Shown piece after piece: positions 46,018 to 57,452 of a DNA stretch of 64,000 bases (its first letter is position 1; each line of letters starts with the position of its first letter). The stretch comes from Planctomycetota bacterium (GTDB lineage: Bacteria; Planctomycetota; Phycisphaerae; WQYP01): the NCBI GenBank assembly GCA_021800165.1, contig JAJYZF010000015.1, forward strand, positions 1,905 to 65,904. Reading direction: 5' to 3'. A model generated the notes under the pieces. It searched no databases, was not told the origin of the DNA, and saw nothing but the letters and a program-made list of their open reading frames with translations. The position numbers and the translations under genes are program-made.

Positions 46018-46046
46018 TTGCAGTTGGATCTGGCCTACGCTATAGT
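46018..46046 (+). promoter_or_regulatory. Sigma70-like promoter TTGCAG-17 nt-TATAGT, 295 nt upstream of tig
   Basis: Hexamers are at 46018..46023 and 46041..46046. Confidence 0.5.
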
Positions 46047-46341
46047 GGGGGCTGTGACGTTGTGCCATTCCGGTGCAAGTCATTTCCGCCCCGAGTTACC
46101 GGTAGTTCGGGCACCAGGCGTTGGTCGTGGCGGAAAAATATCCTTCACCATGGCGAAGTTCAGCCGGGTGCGGATTTCAACGCCGCATCCCGATGAAAGG
46201 TAATAGTTCATCCATCGACATTGCCAATGTTGGATACAAGCCTTATGGCTTGGAATGGTCGGTTTGTTTTGATCGACCATCCGGTTTAAGGCTGATGAGC
46301 GGTGGTGAAAAGACTTAGTGTTCTTACAACTGGAGACTACC

Positions 46342-47850
46342 ATGGCGGACCAGCAATCAGGCAATCCCAATCCTAGCGACAACGTGCATGCCCACGAGCA
46401 CGAGCATGAGCACGCGAACCAGGCGGTAGAGGCCGCTGATAATCTTCCTCCAAATACCGTTACGGTGGAGGATGCGGGAGCGGCGCGAAAAAAGCTAATG
46501 ATCTCGATTCCCGCGGAACGTGTGGCGGCCAAGTTTCGGCAGGTTTACAAAGAGTTGCATAGGGACGCCGCAGTTCCCGGCTTTCGCCGAGGGCGTGTGC
46601 CCCAGCGGATTTTGGAAAAGCGCTTCGGCAGCAATGCCCGTGAGACCATTAAAAGCCAGCTTATTGCTGAAAGCTATGAGGCGGCGGTTGAAGACCAGCA
46701 CCTGAACGTGATCAGCCAGCCGGAAATGGACGTCGGAAAAATTGAACTGCCTGAATCCGGCCCCATGCTGCTGGAGCTATTTGTAGAAATCATCCCGGAG
46801 TTTGCGTTGCCGGACCTCAACGGCATTGAGATTAAAAAACCTCTGCTGCAGCCTACAGAAGAACGCTTTCAGGTAGCCTTGAAGACCTTGGCAAAAAATT
46901 TGGGATCTTGGCAACCCGCCACCCAATCGGCGCAGCCCGATGACCGCATCAATGTGGCGGTAGACGTTTTCAATGAGGATGGCACTTCGCTGGCACAGAT
47001 TAAATCAACATCCATGTTGGTACAGCCGGGAGCTTTGCTGGGCATCGCCTTCGATGATTTAGCCCAGCGGCTGACTGGAGTAACCCCCGGCGCGACAGTG
47101 GAACTGGCTGGAAAAGTCCCGGATGACTTCCCCCAGGAACAATTTCGTGGCCGCAGTGTGAAAATTGTGCTGCATGTAACTGGTGTTGAACATCAACATA
47201 TTCCGGAACTGGACGATAAATTGGCCAAAGAAAACGGCTTCGATGATTTGGCGGATCTGCACGCGGCGATGCGCGATGCGCTACAGACCAGGCTTACCAG
47301 CGAAGTCGATCGCATCATGCAAGCGCAGGTTTTAAGCGCCTTGCTCGAACGAACGACACTGGACCTGCCGGCCAAAGTTTCGGCCCGACAGAGCCAAAGT
47401 GTGCTGCGTCGTCGTGCTACGGAACTGATGCAGCGCGGTGTGCCCTTCGCGGAAATTGAAAAACATCTCGGCGAACTGAAAGCCACCTCCACCCAAGAAG
47501 CTCTTCGTGACCTGAAAACGGCCTTCATTGTCAACCGTCTGGCGGAGGAGTTTCACATCACCATTACCACCGCACAGCTCAATTCAGAAATCGCCGCTAT
47601 TGCGACCCAGTACGGCCGCCGGCCAGACAAATTGCGGCAGGAACTCGCAGCCGACGGACGACTTGAGGATCTCGCGCAGCAGGTATTGCAACGTAACGTG
47701 CTGGACCATGTGATTTCGCTTTCCAAGGTGGTGGAAATTGACGAGGCGGCTTGGAATGAAGTAATGCGCAATCCGGCGGCTCTTGATGGCGGCCTCAACG
47801 TCACTGGCGTGCCATTGACTGCGGCCTCGTCTGAACAAAACGCGACCTAA
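46342..47850 (+). CDS. tig: Trigger factor with His/Glu-rich N-terminal extension
   Basis: The sequence KKLMISIPAERVAAKFRQVYKELHRDAAVPGFRRGRVPQRILEKRFG contains the GFRxGxxP ribosome-binding loop. It is preceded by about 45 aa that include HAHEHEHEHA. ATG 46342 follows GGAGAC. Confidence 0.93.
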   Translation: MADQQSGNPNPSDNVHAHEHEHEHANQAVEAADNLPPNTVTVEDAGAARKKLMISIPAERVAAKFRQVYKELHRDAAVPGFRRGRVPQRILEKRFGSNARETIKSQLIAESYEAAVEDQHLNVISQPEMDVGKIELPESGPMLLELFVEIIPEFALPDLNGIEIKKPLLQPTEERFQVALKTLAKNLGSWQPATQSAQPDDRINVAVDVFNEDGTSLAQIKSTSMLVQPGALLGIAFDDLAQRLTGVTPGATVELAGKVPDDFPQEQFRGRSVKIVLHVTGVEHQHIPELDDKLAKENGFDDLADLHAAMRDALQTRLTSEVDRIMQAQVLSALLERTTLDLPAKVSARQSQSVLRRRATELMQRGVPFAEIEKHLGELKATSTQEALRDLKTAFIVNRLAEEFHITITTAQLNSEIAAIATQYGRRPDKLRQELAADGRLEDLAQQVLQRNVLDHVISLSKVVEIDEAAWNEVMRNPAALDGGLNVTGVPLTAASSEQNAT

Positions 47851-47995
47851 GGAAAGTCGTTGCGGTGGGGGTTAATTTACCGCATCCCGCATAAACTCTA
47901 GTGGGGCGTGGTTTGCACGATGGGAATTATCTTCGGCAACAGGCCCCGCGGCGGGATGTTGTTTGGTGGCTAGCGAGTACGGCAGGATATTTCTA

Positions 47996-49468
47996 ATGGC
48001 CCCGACGGATTCAGTAAGCTCCTGCCAGCAAAACATTCGACCGGAGGTGCAACACCGGCGCAAGGTACGCAATTTTCAAGTCAATATGTATCCGGCTTTG
48101 TGTCGGAGCCGCGACAAAAATCGGTATTTTCACCAATATCTGGCCCGGCTGGTGGGGCGCCATGTTTTGCCGGGGTCTACCGTCATTGACTTGGGCTGCG
48201 GCAACGGCGATATGTTGGCGGCCCTCAAGCCGACCTTGGGCGTGGGCATCGACTTTAATCCCGCAGCGATTGCGGAAGCAAGGGCGAAACATCCGGATCT
48301 GACTTTTCATGAAACCGAGATTGAAGCGGTCGCTGGCCTGGGTCTGCCCAAGTTCGACTATGTAATTTTGTCTGGCGTGTTGCCACAACTCTACGACTTG
48401 CATTCTTCATTGGCCGCCATCGCCGGGTTGTGCCATCGCGACACTCGCCTGATCATCGCTACGTTCAGTCGCCTCTGGCAACCCGTAATTCGACTGGGAG
48501 AAGCGTGCGGACTTAAGCAGCGCATCATTGATGAAAGCTGGCTGCCCAGCGACGAAATTGGCAATATTCTTGCCCAAAATGATTTTGCCATGATTCGCCA
48601 AACAGAGGGCATTTTATTGCCGCTGGATGTTCCATTGCTCAGTGATCTGGTCAACCGTTGGGTTGCGCCACTGCCTTTGCTGCGGCAATTGGACCTGTGT
48701 ACCATCACCATAGCCCGCACTGTACCGGCGACAGCCGCCGATCCATCGGACTCGGTCAGCGTAATTGTGCCGGTACGCAATGAGTCGGGCAACATCCCCA
48801 TGTTGGTGAATCGACTGCCCGTCATGGCAGACACGCAGGAAGTAATTTTTGTGGAAGGCAACAGCAGCGACGATACGTGGCAAGCCGTACAGGATGCCGT
48901 CAAAAACTACACCGGCCCCTTTCAAATGCGGGCCATGAAACAGCCCGGGCGTGGAAAAGGCGACGCTGTACGTGCAGGGTTTGGCGCTGCCGGCGGAGAA
49001 ATTCTGCTTATTTTAGATGGCGATTTATCCGTGCCGCCCGAAGAACTGCCGCGTTTTGTGGATCTGATCCGGAGCGGTCGCTGCGAATTTGCCAATGGTT
49101 CCCGGCTGGTCTATCCCATGGAAGATCAAGCCATGCGATTTTTGAACATGATCGCCAATAAATGTTTCGGCTGGATGTTCACGTTTCTTCTGGGCCAGCG
49201 GCTACGCGATACCCTTTGCGGTACCAAAGTGCTCAGGCGTGGGAATTATCTCAAGATTGCAGGCAATCGCGCTTATTTCGGAGATTTTGATCCGTTTGGG
49301 GATTTTGACTTGTTGTTCGGAGCGGCCCGGCTGAATTTAAAAATTATGGATGTACCCATTCACTACAAACAACGCACTTATGGTAGCACCAATATCTCGC
49401 GGTTTCGTCACGGCCTGTTGCTGATCCGAATGTGTGCGGTAGCCGCCCGCAAAATCACGTTTTTATAG
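47996..49468 (+). CDS. Bifunctional class I SAM-dependent methyltransferase / family 2 glycosyltransferase
   Basis: GSTVIDLGCGNGDM is methyltransferase motif I. VSVIVPVRNESGNIPMLV...LDGDLS is a DPM1-like GT2. The start is uncertain (47963, 47996 or 48086). Confidence 0.8.
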   Translation: MAPTDSVSSCQQNIRPEVQHRRKVRNFQVNMYPALCRSRDKNRYFHQYLARLVGRHVLPGSTVIDLGCGNGDMLAALKPTLGVGIDFNPAAIAEARAKHPDLTFHETEIEAVAGLGLPKFDYVILSGVLPQLYDLHSSLAAIAGLCHRDTRLIIATFSRLWQPVIRLGEACGLKQRIIDESWLPSDEIGNILAQNDFAMIRQTEGILLPLDVPLLSDLVNRWVAPLPLLRQLDLCTITIARTVPATAADPSDSVSVIVPVRNESGNIPMLVNRLPVMADTQEVIFVEGNSSDDTWQAVQDAVKNYTGPFQMRAMKQPGRGKGDAVRAGFGAAGGEILLILDGDLSVPPEELPRFVDLIRSGRCEFANGSRLVYPMEDQAMRFLNMIANKCFGWMFTFLLGQRLRDTLCGTKVLRRGNYLKIAGNRAYFGDFDPFGDFDLLFGAARLNLKIMDVPIHYKQRTYGSTNISRFRHGLLLIRMCAVAARKITFL

Positions 49469-49587
49469 GTGCGGCGCTGTGCCGTGCCGGGGAATGTGGT
49501 GGCGTGCTGGGCCACATTGGCAGTTGATAAGCCGTGACACAATCGGTGGGCGTGACACGGCAGATTAAACAGACCATAACTCGCTGG

Positions 49588-51020
<1,433 letters not shown>

Positions 51021-51021
<1 letters not shown>

Positions 51022-52370
51022 CACCTGGCTCCACAACAGCGTTTGAATTTTTTTCCACTGCCGCACGGGCATGGATCGTTGCGATCGGGTGCCGCTCCGG
51101 AGCGCATTTGTTCCGCTTGAATACGCATAATATCCGCAGCCGGACGGTGCTGGCGCAGTAAAGCAGCCATCTGTTTCATATAGGGATCTACGTGCTTAAA
51201 AAAACGCTTATAGGCGGGACACAGATAATTCAATCCGGATTCTCCATCCGGGGTCCGGATAAATCGGTGTTTCGGACATTCGCCGTTACACGCGAAACGT
51301 ACTTCGCAGCGCCGGCAATATTGGGGCAGCGTGTCAAGCTTGTCAGAACCGAATTTCTTCTGAAAATCAGAATTAACCATGGCTCCCAATGACTGGTTCA
51401 GGATATTTCCCAGTTTGTAATCGGGATACACGTAATGGTCGCACGAATAAATATCACCGTTGTGTTCAATGGCCATGGCGCTACCACATTTTTCAGCAAA
51501 GACGCACAGGCCGGAGCCAGCCCCCAGCCAGTTGCCTAAAGCAACATCAAAAGTCTGCACGAAGGTTGTCCCAACATCATGGCGGACCCAATCGTCAAAA
51601 ATCTCCACTAGAAATTGTCCGTATTGACGGGCCTCGACGCTCCATGGCGTTACGGGCAGGTCTGGAAGGGCTTCGCCGGGAACAGGTGGGGCGGCCAAGT
51701 CCAGCATCGGCAGGGCCAGAGATTGTGGCGGAGCCTTGCGCTCTACCAGTGGAATAAACTGTATGTAGCCGGACCCAATACTTTTTAAAAAACGGTAAAC
51801 ATCCAGAGGTCGTTGGGAATTTTTACGATTCACAACCGTGAGCGTATTAAACTCCACCTTGTGCGCACCGAGCAGCTTAAGCCCGCGGAACACCGCGTCA
51901 AAGGTGGGTTGTTGCTTCTTGTCAACACGGTAGGTATCGTGCAGATCTCGCGGGCCATCAATGCTGATGCCGACCAGAAAATTATGCTGCTTAAGAAATT
52001 CACACCATCGGTCATCCAGCAGCGTGCCGTTGGTCTGCAGGGCATTGTGTATATTTTTCCCATTGGCATAGCGGGCCTGCAGATCTACAACCTTTTGAAA
52101 AAAATCTACACCCAGGAGAGTAGGCTCTCCCCCTTGCCAGGCAAAATTAATCTCTGGTGCGTCCTGCGACTGAATGTAATTGTGCACATAGGAGTCCAAA
52201 ACAGCGTCGGACATCCTCCAGGTTTCACCAGTTTTATAAAGTTTTTCCTTTTCAAGATAAAAGCAGTAATGGCAGTCCAGATTGCAGATTGGTCCGATGG
52301 GCTTGCTCATCACGTGAAATGCAGATACCTTGGGAGTGGTGGTGGCGGATATGGAACTCGATACAGTCAT
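51021..52370 (-). CDS. Anaerobic sulfatase-maturating enzyme (radical SAM/SPASM) with C-terminal SEC-C motif
   Basis: CNLDCHYCFY is the CxxxCxxC cluster. Cys-rich SPASM blocks are present (CGSAMAIEHNGDIYSCDH, CRRCEVRFACNGECPKH). The tail is DPCPCGSGKKFKRCCG. The start is placed at ATG 52370. Confidence 0.9.
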
Positions 52371-52806
52371 ACCAACTCCTGCTGCGGAGGTACGTCGGAT
52401 TCGTCTCTTGAGAACAACACCAAGGCGCAATGGCCGACAGACGCAAGTATACATCGCAGCGTCTGACAGGAGTAGGGCAAAAAAGAAACTGGAATATAGT
52501 CAGCAAATAAGAGGTGTGTTGCAAAGGGACGAGGCGGCCCTGCGCGGGTGTGGGGACTGGGGGGAAAGCCGCCAATCCGTTGGTGGCCGCGATGGGGTAG
52601 GGCCGCAGGTGGACAAGGTACTCAACGCCCTGTGGCACATCCTGACCAATACGCGGCAGGTTTCTGTGGGCATGGTCTGCCGCGCAGGCCGCGGCGCTTT
52701 GTTCTCCACCTGGCCACCTCCCGCGGAAACCAGCCGCCGACCCGCACTACAAGGTTTGGTCGATGGCGGTTAAAATCAAAGGGTTGAAGTTGGACAGGAG
52801 CGTTAT

Positions 52807-54372
52807 TTGCCGACGAAAAACAGCATAACTCCGACACTTTCTTTTGAGCATTTTTGCGCCTTGGCCAAGCCAGGGGTGGCGATTCCGGTGTTTGTCACCT
52901 TGCTTGGCGATCATCTCACGCCGGTTACGGCTTATGAACGTCTGGCCAAGCGATCTCCCTATTCATTTTTGCTCGAATCAGTGGTCGGGGGTGAGCGTAT
53001 TGCCCGGTATTCGTTTCTGGGGGCTGGGCCACGCACAGTGATCAAGGCTTTCGGCCATCGGGTTACACGAACGTTTCCCAAGTTTCCGGAGCAAGCGGAT
53101 GAGACCTTTATGTCGGCTGATCCGCTCCAAGATTTACAGGCCATTTTATCTGGTATCACGGCGGTGCGGGTGCCGGAACTGCCGGCTTTTTCGGGGGGAG
53201 CGGTTGGGTATGCGGGCTATGACACGGTGCGGTATCTGGAGCCGGAAAAATTAGCTTCCCCACCTCCGGACCTGCGGCATCTGCCGGACCTTATCTTCGG
53301 CTTGTATGATGATCTGGTAATTTTTGACCATGTTCAAAAAACCATATTGGTGGTGGCGGATGCTCACATTGATGGTCGAAGCCACGAGCAACTCTACCAA
53401 GATGCCGCTGCGCGTATCAATGCCATGGTGGAATCCCTGCGCGAGGCTGGCCACGGCGAGTTGGAAGTCATCAACCTCCAGCAGACGCATCGGCCCTCAG
53501 CGACGAGCAATTTTACCCGGGAGGGCTTTGAGGCAGCCGTGGAGGCGGCCAAGGATTTTATTAAAGCCGGGGACATTTTTCAGGTGGTGCTTTCGCAATG
53601 TTTCACGGTAAAAACACCGGCGCATCCGTTTGATATCTATCGGGCCTTGCGGGTGATTAACCCGTCGCCGTTCATGTTTTATCTGACCGCGCCGGAATGT
53701 ACGTTGGTCGGGTCTTCTCCGGAAATTATGTGCCGGGTGCAAAATGGCGTAATTACCAGCCGACCGTTGGCGGGCACACGTCGGCGCGGGCAAAGTGCAG
53801 AGGAAGATGCGGCGCTGGAGCAAGAACTCCTGGCCGATCCGAAAGAACGTGCTGAACATATCATGCTGGTGGACCTGGGGCGTAACGATGTGGGCAGGGT
53901 GGCGACACCCGGAAGCGTAAAAACCGACGACGTGATGAGTGTGGAACGCTACAGTCATGTTATGCATATTACCAGCAATGTGACGGGCGAACTGGCTGCA
54001 GGAAAAACCTGCTTTGATGCGTTGCGCGCCACTCTGCCGGTGGGCACCGTCAGCGGCGCTCCAAAAATCCGGGCCATGCAGATTATCGACCAATTGGAAC
54101 CCAGCCGCCGTGGCCCCTATGGGGGCGCGGTGGGCTATATGGATTATTCGGGGAACATGGATACGTGCATTGCCCTGCGGACGATGGTGGTGCTGCCGCT
54201 GAAAGATGGAGCACAACATCAGGACCGGACCGACCCACAGACCACGGTGTTTATCCAGAGCGGCGGCGGCCTGGTGGCGGATTCCGTACCCGCCAGCGAA
54301 TACCAGGAAACGCTCAACAAAGCTGCGGGATTGCTCAAGGCGGTAGGTCTGGCCGAGCGTGGCTTCTCCTGA
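52807..54372 (+). CDS. trpE: Anthranilate synthase component I
   Basis: LESV, AGDIFQVVLSQ, PLAGTRRRG, ADPKERAEHIMLVDLGRND and TVSGAPKIRAMQII. AGGAG lies 6 nt upstream of TTG 52807. No trpG/D/C follows. Confidence 0.95.
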   Translation: MPTKNSITPTLSFEHFCALAKPGVAIPVFVTLLGDHLTPVTAYERLAKRSPYSFLLESVVGGERIARYSFLGAGPRTVIKAFGHRVTRTFPKFPEQADETFMSADPLQDLQAILSGITAVRVPELPAFSGGAVGYAGYDTVRYLEPEKLASPPPDLRHLPDLIFGLYDDLVIFDHVQKTILVVADAHIDGRSHEQLYQDAAARINAMVESLREAGHGELEVINLQQTHRPSATSNFTREGFEAAVEAAKDFIKAGDIFQVVLSQCFTVKTPAHPFDIYRALRVINPSPFMFYLTAPECTLVGSSPEIMCRVQNGVITSRPLAGTRRRGQSAEEDAALEQELLADPKERAEHIMLVDLGRNDVGRVATPGSVKTDDVMSVERYSHVMHITSNVTGELAAGKTCFDALRATLPVGTVSGAPKIRAMQIIDQLEPSRRGPYGGAVGYMDYSGNMDTCIALRTMVVLPLKDGAQHQDRTDPQTTVFIQSGGGLVADSVPASEYQETLNKAAGLLKAVGLAERGFS

Positions 54373-54397
54373 CCGCGAAATAAAGGATTCAAACAAT

Positions 54398-57397
54398 ATG
54401 CCGCAATATAATCCACATGCCATTGAAGAAAAATGGCAGCAATTTTGGCTGAAAAATAAGGTGTTCGCCTCGGTGGCGGACCCAACCAGTCCCAAGTTCT
54501 ATGTACTGGATATGTTTCCATATCCGTCCGGTGAAGGTCTGCACGTGGGCCATCCTGAAGGTTATACGGCCAGTGATATTGTGGCCCGCTACAAACGGGC
54601 CTGTGGGTTTTCGGTCATGCACCCCATGGGTTGGGATGCCTTCGGTCTGCCCGCCGAGCAGTACGCGATTAAAACCGATACCCACCCGGCCGCTACCACC
54701 AGAAAGAATGTGAGCCGGTTTCGGAGTCAGCTCCAGGCGTTGGGTTTTTCCTACGATTGGGAACGTGAAATTAACACCACGGACCCGGAATACTACCGCT
54801 GGACGCAGTGGATATTTCTTCAGCTCTTTGACACCTGGTTTGATGAATCCTCCGGCCACGGCCGGCCCATTGCAGAATTGGCGGCGGAATTTGCCTCCGG
54901 CCGACGGGCTGTGCCGGGATGCACACAGTCGTGGCATGAGCTTGATGCGCGGCATCAAAGGGAAATCCTCGCGGGTTTCAGGCTGGCGTATCAGGCAGAC
55001 GTGGCGGTAAACTGGTGCCCTGGTTTAGGAACGGTGCTGGCCAACGAAGAAGTAATTGACGGGAAAAGCGAAGTGGGTGGCTTTCCGGTGGAGCGTCGGC
55101 CCATGCGCCAATGGATGCTGCGCATTACCGCCTATTCAAGGCGTCTGCTTGATGGGCTGGATACCCTGGAATGGTCCGAATCCTTGAAAATGATGCAACG
55201 CAATTGGATTGGCCGTTCCGAGGGAGCGCTGGTGCATTTCCAAATTACGGGCCGCACGGAAATTCTGGATGTGTTTACCACCCGCCCTGATACCCTCTAT
55301 GGCGTCAGTTACATGGTGTTGGCACCGGAGCATCCGCTGGTGAATGTGGATGAGAAAAACTGCATCATTCCGCCGACCTGGCCGGAGCACACACCGGCCG
55401 GGTGGAAATATGCGGGTGCGCCGGAGAGTCCGGCATTGTCGGTGCAGGCATACCAGAAATGGGTGGCGGGACGCTCGGAGCGCCAACGCCAGGAAGATAC
55501 CTCCAAAACGGGTGTTTTCACGGGTGCCTACGCCATCAACCCGGTCAACCAGCAGCGCATTGCCATCTTTGTTTCTGATTATGTGCTCATGGGCTACGGC
55601 ACCGGAGCCATTATGGCCGTGCCCGCGCATGACCGTCGCGATTTTGACTTTGCCCGGAAATTTGGCCTGCCGATGGAACGGGTGGTCAGTGCCCGATCAG
55701 ATCTGCCGGAGGCGGGCGAGTTGCCGTTTGAAGAAACAGGCTATGCAGTCCATTCTCCCTGGATCAATGGTCTGGCAACCGAGCAGGCCATACCGGTGAT
55801 GATTCAGCAGGTCGAAGAACGCCGATTCGGCCTGGGCCGGACGCATTACAAAATAAGAGACTGGCTGTTCTCGCGGCAGCGCTACTGGGGAGAGCCGTTT
55901 CCGCTGGTTCATCTGGAAGATGGCACCACAGTCCCACTGGCCCCGGAAGAGCTTCCCTTGCGTTTGCCCGACCTAGTCGATTTTAAACCCACCGGAACCA
56001 TGGATCCGCCGCTTTCCAAGGCGGTAGATTGGGCTAAAGTTTGGGTGCTGCTGGAAGGCCCACCCGCAACGGCCGTAGCCCGCGTGGTACCTCCCGGAAC
56101 ACCGGGCGCCATGCCGGCGCGGCGCGAGCTTAATACCATGCCGCAATGGGCGGGATCGTGCTGGTATTATCTGCGGTATCTAGATCCGCGGAATCCCACG
56201 GCCTTTTGCCAGCCGGAGACGGAACGTTATTGGATGAAACAGCCGCCTGGCGTGGACCTGTATATCGGCGGGGTGGAGCATGCCGTCTTGCACCTGTTGT
56301 ATTCGCGGTTTTGGCACAAGGTGCTCTTTGATCGCGGATACGTAAGTTCCCAGGAACCCTTTAGAAAACTGGTCAATCAGGGTTTGATTCTGGGGGAGGC
56401 TGAATATACGGCATTTTCCACGTCCACCGGTGATTTGGTTTCCTGGAGTGAGGTAGCCCCGGAACTTTCCACTCGCACGGGTGCGGATGGCCGGCCGGAA
56501 ATTGTCAGCCGCCACAAATCCACCGGTGAACTCCTGGTGGGGCGAGCTCCGGCTCCCGCCACCATTGAAAAGCGCGGCAGCCAATATGTGCTAAAGAGTC
56601 GGCCCGACATCGAGGTGGATGCCCGGTCGTATAAAATGAGTAAATCCCGCGGCAACGTGATTAATCCGGATGATGTTATCGCTAAATATGGAGCGGATTC
56701 GCTGCGACTTTTTGAAATGTTCATGGGACCACTGGAGCAGGTCAAACCCTGGAGCACTGCCGGTGTGGAAGGGGTGTATCGCTTTTTGCATCGGTTATGG
56801 CGCAACGTATTTGGTACGGAAGAGGAAAATCAGCCGCGGGTTGTGGTCAAGGATGGATCCACGTGGCGGTTGCTGGCGGGAGGCGCGCTGACGGCAGAGC
56901 AGGCGCGAAAGGCGCAGGCGGCCGCGGATGAGCTTGTGCGTCCCATGCATCGGCTTGTCCGCAAGGTGACGCAGGATATCGAGCGACTTTCGTTCAACAC
57001 CGCTATCAGTACCATGATGGAATTTAACAACATGCTCACGCGGCTGGAAGTGGTGCCGCGTGAAGCCGTCTTGACGCTGGTGCGGCTGTTGGAACCGTTT
57101 GCCCCGCATGTGGCCGAAGAGATTTATCAACACCTTAGTGGTACCGCGTCTGTGGAATCTCTCAGCCGCGTTCCCTGGCCAACCTACGATGACGCACTGT
57201 GTGTGGAGGCCCGGTGGGAAATTCCGGTACAGATCAACGGCAAAGTCTCCGGACGGGTGAGTGTTCCGGCTGACGCGGCAGAAGATCACGTGCTGCAGAG
57301 CGTGCTTGCCGATGCACAAATTCAGGAAAAGCTGGCCGGCCGAAATCCCAGGAAGAAGATTTACGTCAAAGGTCGTATGGTGAGCCTGGTGGTGTGA
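54398..57397 (+). CDS. leuS: Leucyl-tRNA synthetase
   Basis: MFPYPSGEGLHVGHPEGYT is the HIGH motif and YKMSKSRGN is KMSKS. The start is at MPQYNPHAIEEKWQ. Confidence 0.97.
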   Translation: MPQYNPHAIEEKWQQFWLKNKVFASVADPTSPKFYVLDMFPYPSGEGLHVGHPEGYTASDIVARYKRACGFSVMHPMGWDAFGLPAEQYAIKTDTHPAATTRKNVSRFRSQLQALGFSYDWEREINTTDPEYYRWTQWIFLQLFDTWFDESSGHGRPIAELAAEFASGRRAVPGCTQSWHELDARHQREILAGFRLAYQADVAVNWCPGLGTVLANEEVIDGKSEVGGFPVERRPMRQWMLRITAYSRRLLDGLDTLEWSESLKMMQRNWIGRSEGALVHFQITGRTEILDVFTTRPDTLYGVSYMVLAPEHPLVNVDEKNCIIPPTWPEHTPAGWKYAGAPESPALSVQAYQKWVAGRSERQRQEDTSKTGVFTGAYAINPVNQQRIAIFVSDYVLMGYGTGAIMAVPAHDRRDFDFARKFGLPMERVVSARSDLPEAGELPFEETGYAVHSPWINGLATEQAIPVMIQQVEERRFGLGRTHYKIRDWLFSRQRYWGEPFPLVHLEDGTTVPLAPEELPLRLPDLVDFKPTGTMDPPLSKAVDWAKVWVLLEGPPATAVARVVPPGTPGAMPARRELNTMPQWAGSCWYYLRYLDPRNPTAFCQPETERYWMKQPPGVDLYIGGVEHAVLHLLYSRFWHKVLFDRGYVSSQEPFRKLVNQGLILGEAEYTAFSTSTGDLVSWSEVAPELSTRTGADGRPEIVSRHKSTGELLVGRAPAPATIEKRGSQYVLKSRPDIEVDARSYKMSKSRGNVINPDDVIAKYGADSLRLFEMFMGPLEQVKPWSTAGVEGVYRFLHRLWRNVFGTEEENQPRVVVKDGSTWRLLAGGALTAEQARKAQAAADELVRPMHRLVRKVTQDIERLSFNTAISTMMEFNNMLTRLEVVPREAVLTLVRLLEPFAPHVAEEIYQHLSGTASVESLSRVPWPTYDDALCVEARWEIPVQINGKVSGRVSVPADAAEDHVLQSVLADAQIQEKLAGRNPRKKIYVKGRMVSLVV

Positions 57398-57452
57398 ATA
57401 GAGCGGGGTAGATGAGGGCATAACGTTCCGGATGAAATGAGCTTGATCCAGC

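Noticed and set aside
46003-46203. 66-aa ORF upstream of tig
   Set aside because: It overlaps the predicted promoter, has no RBS and is Arg/Gly-rich. The region is better explained as a leader or as non-coding RNA.
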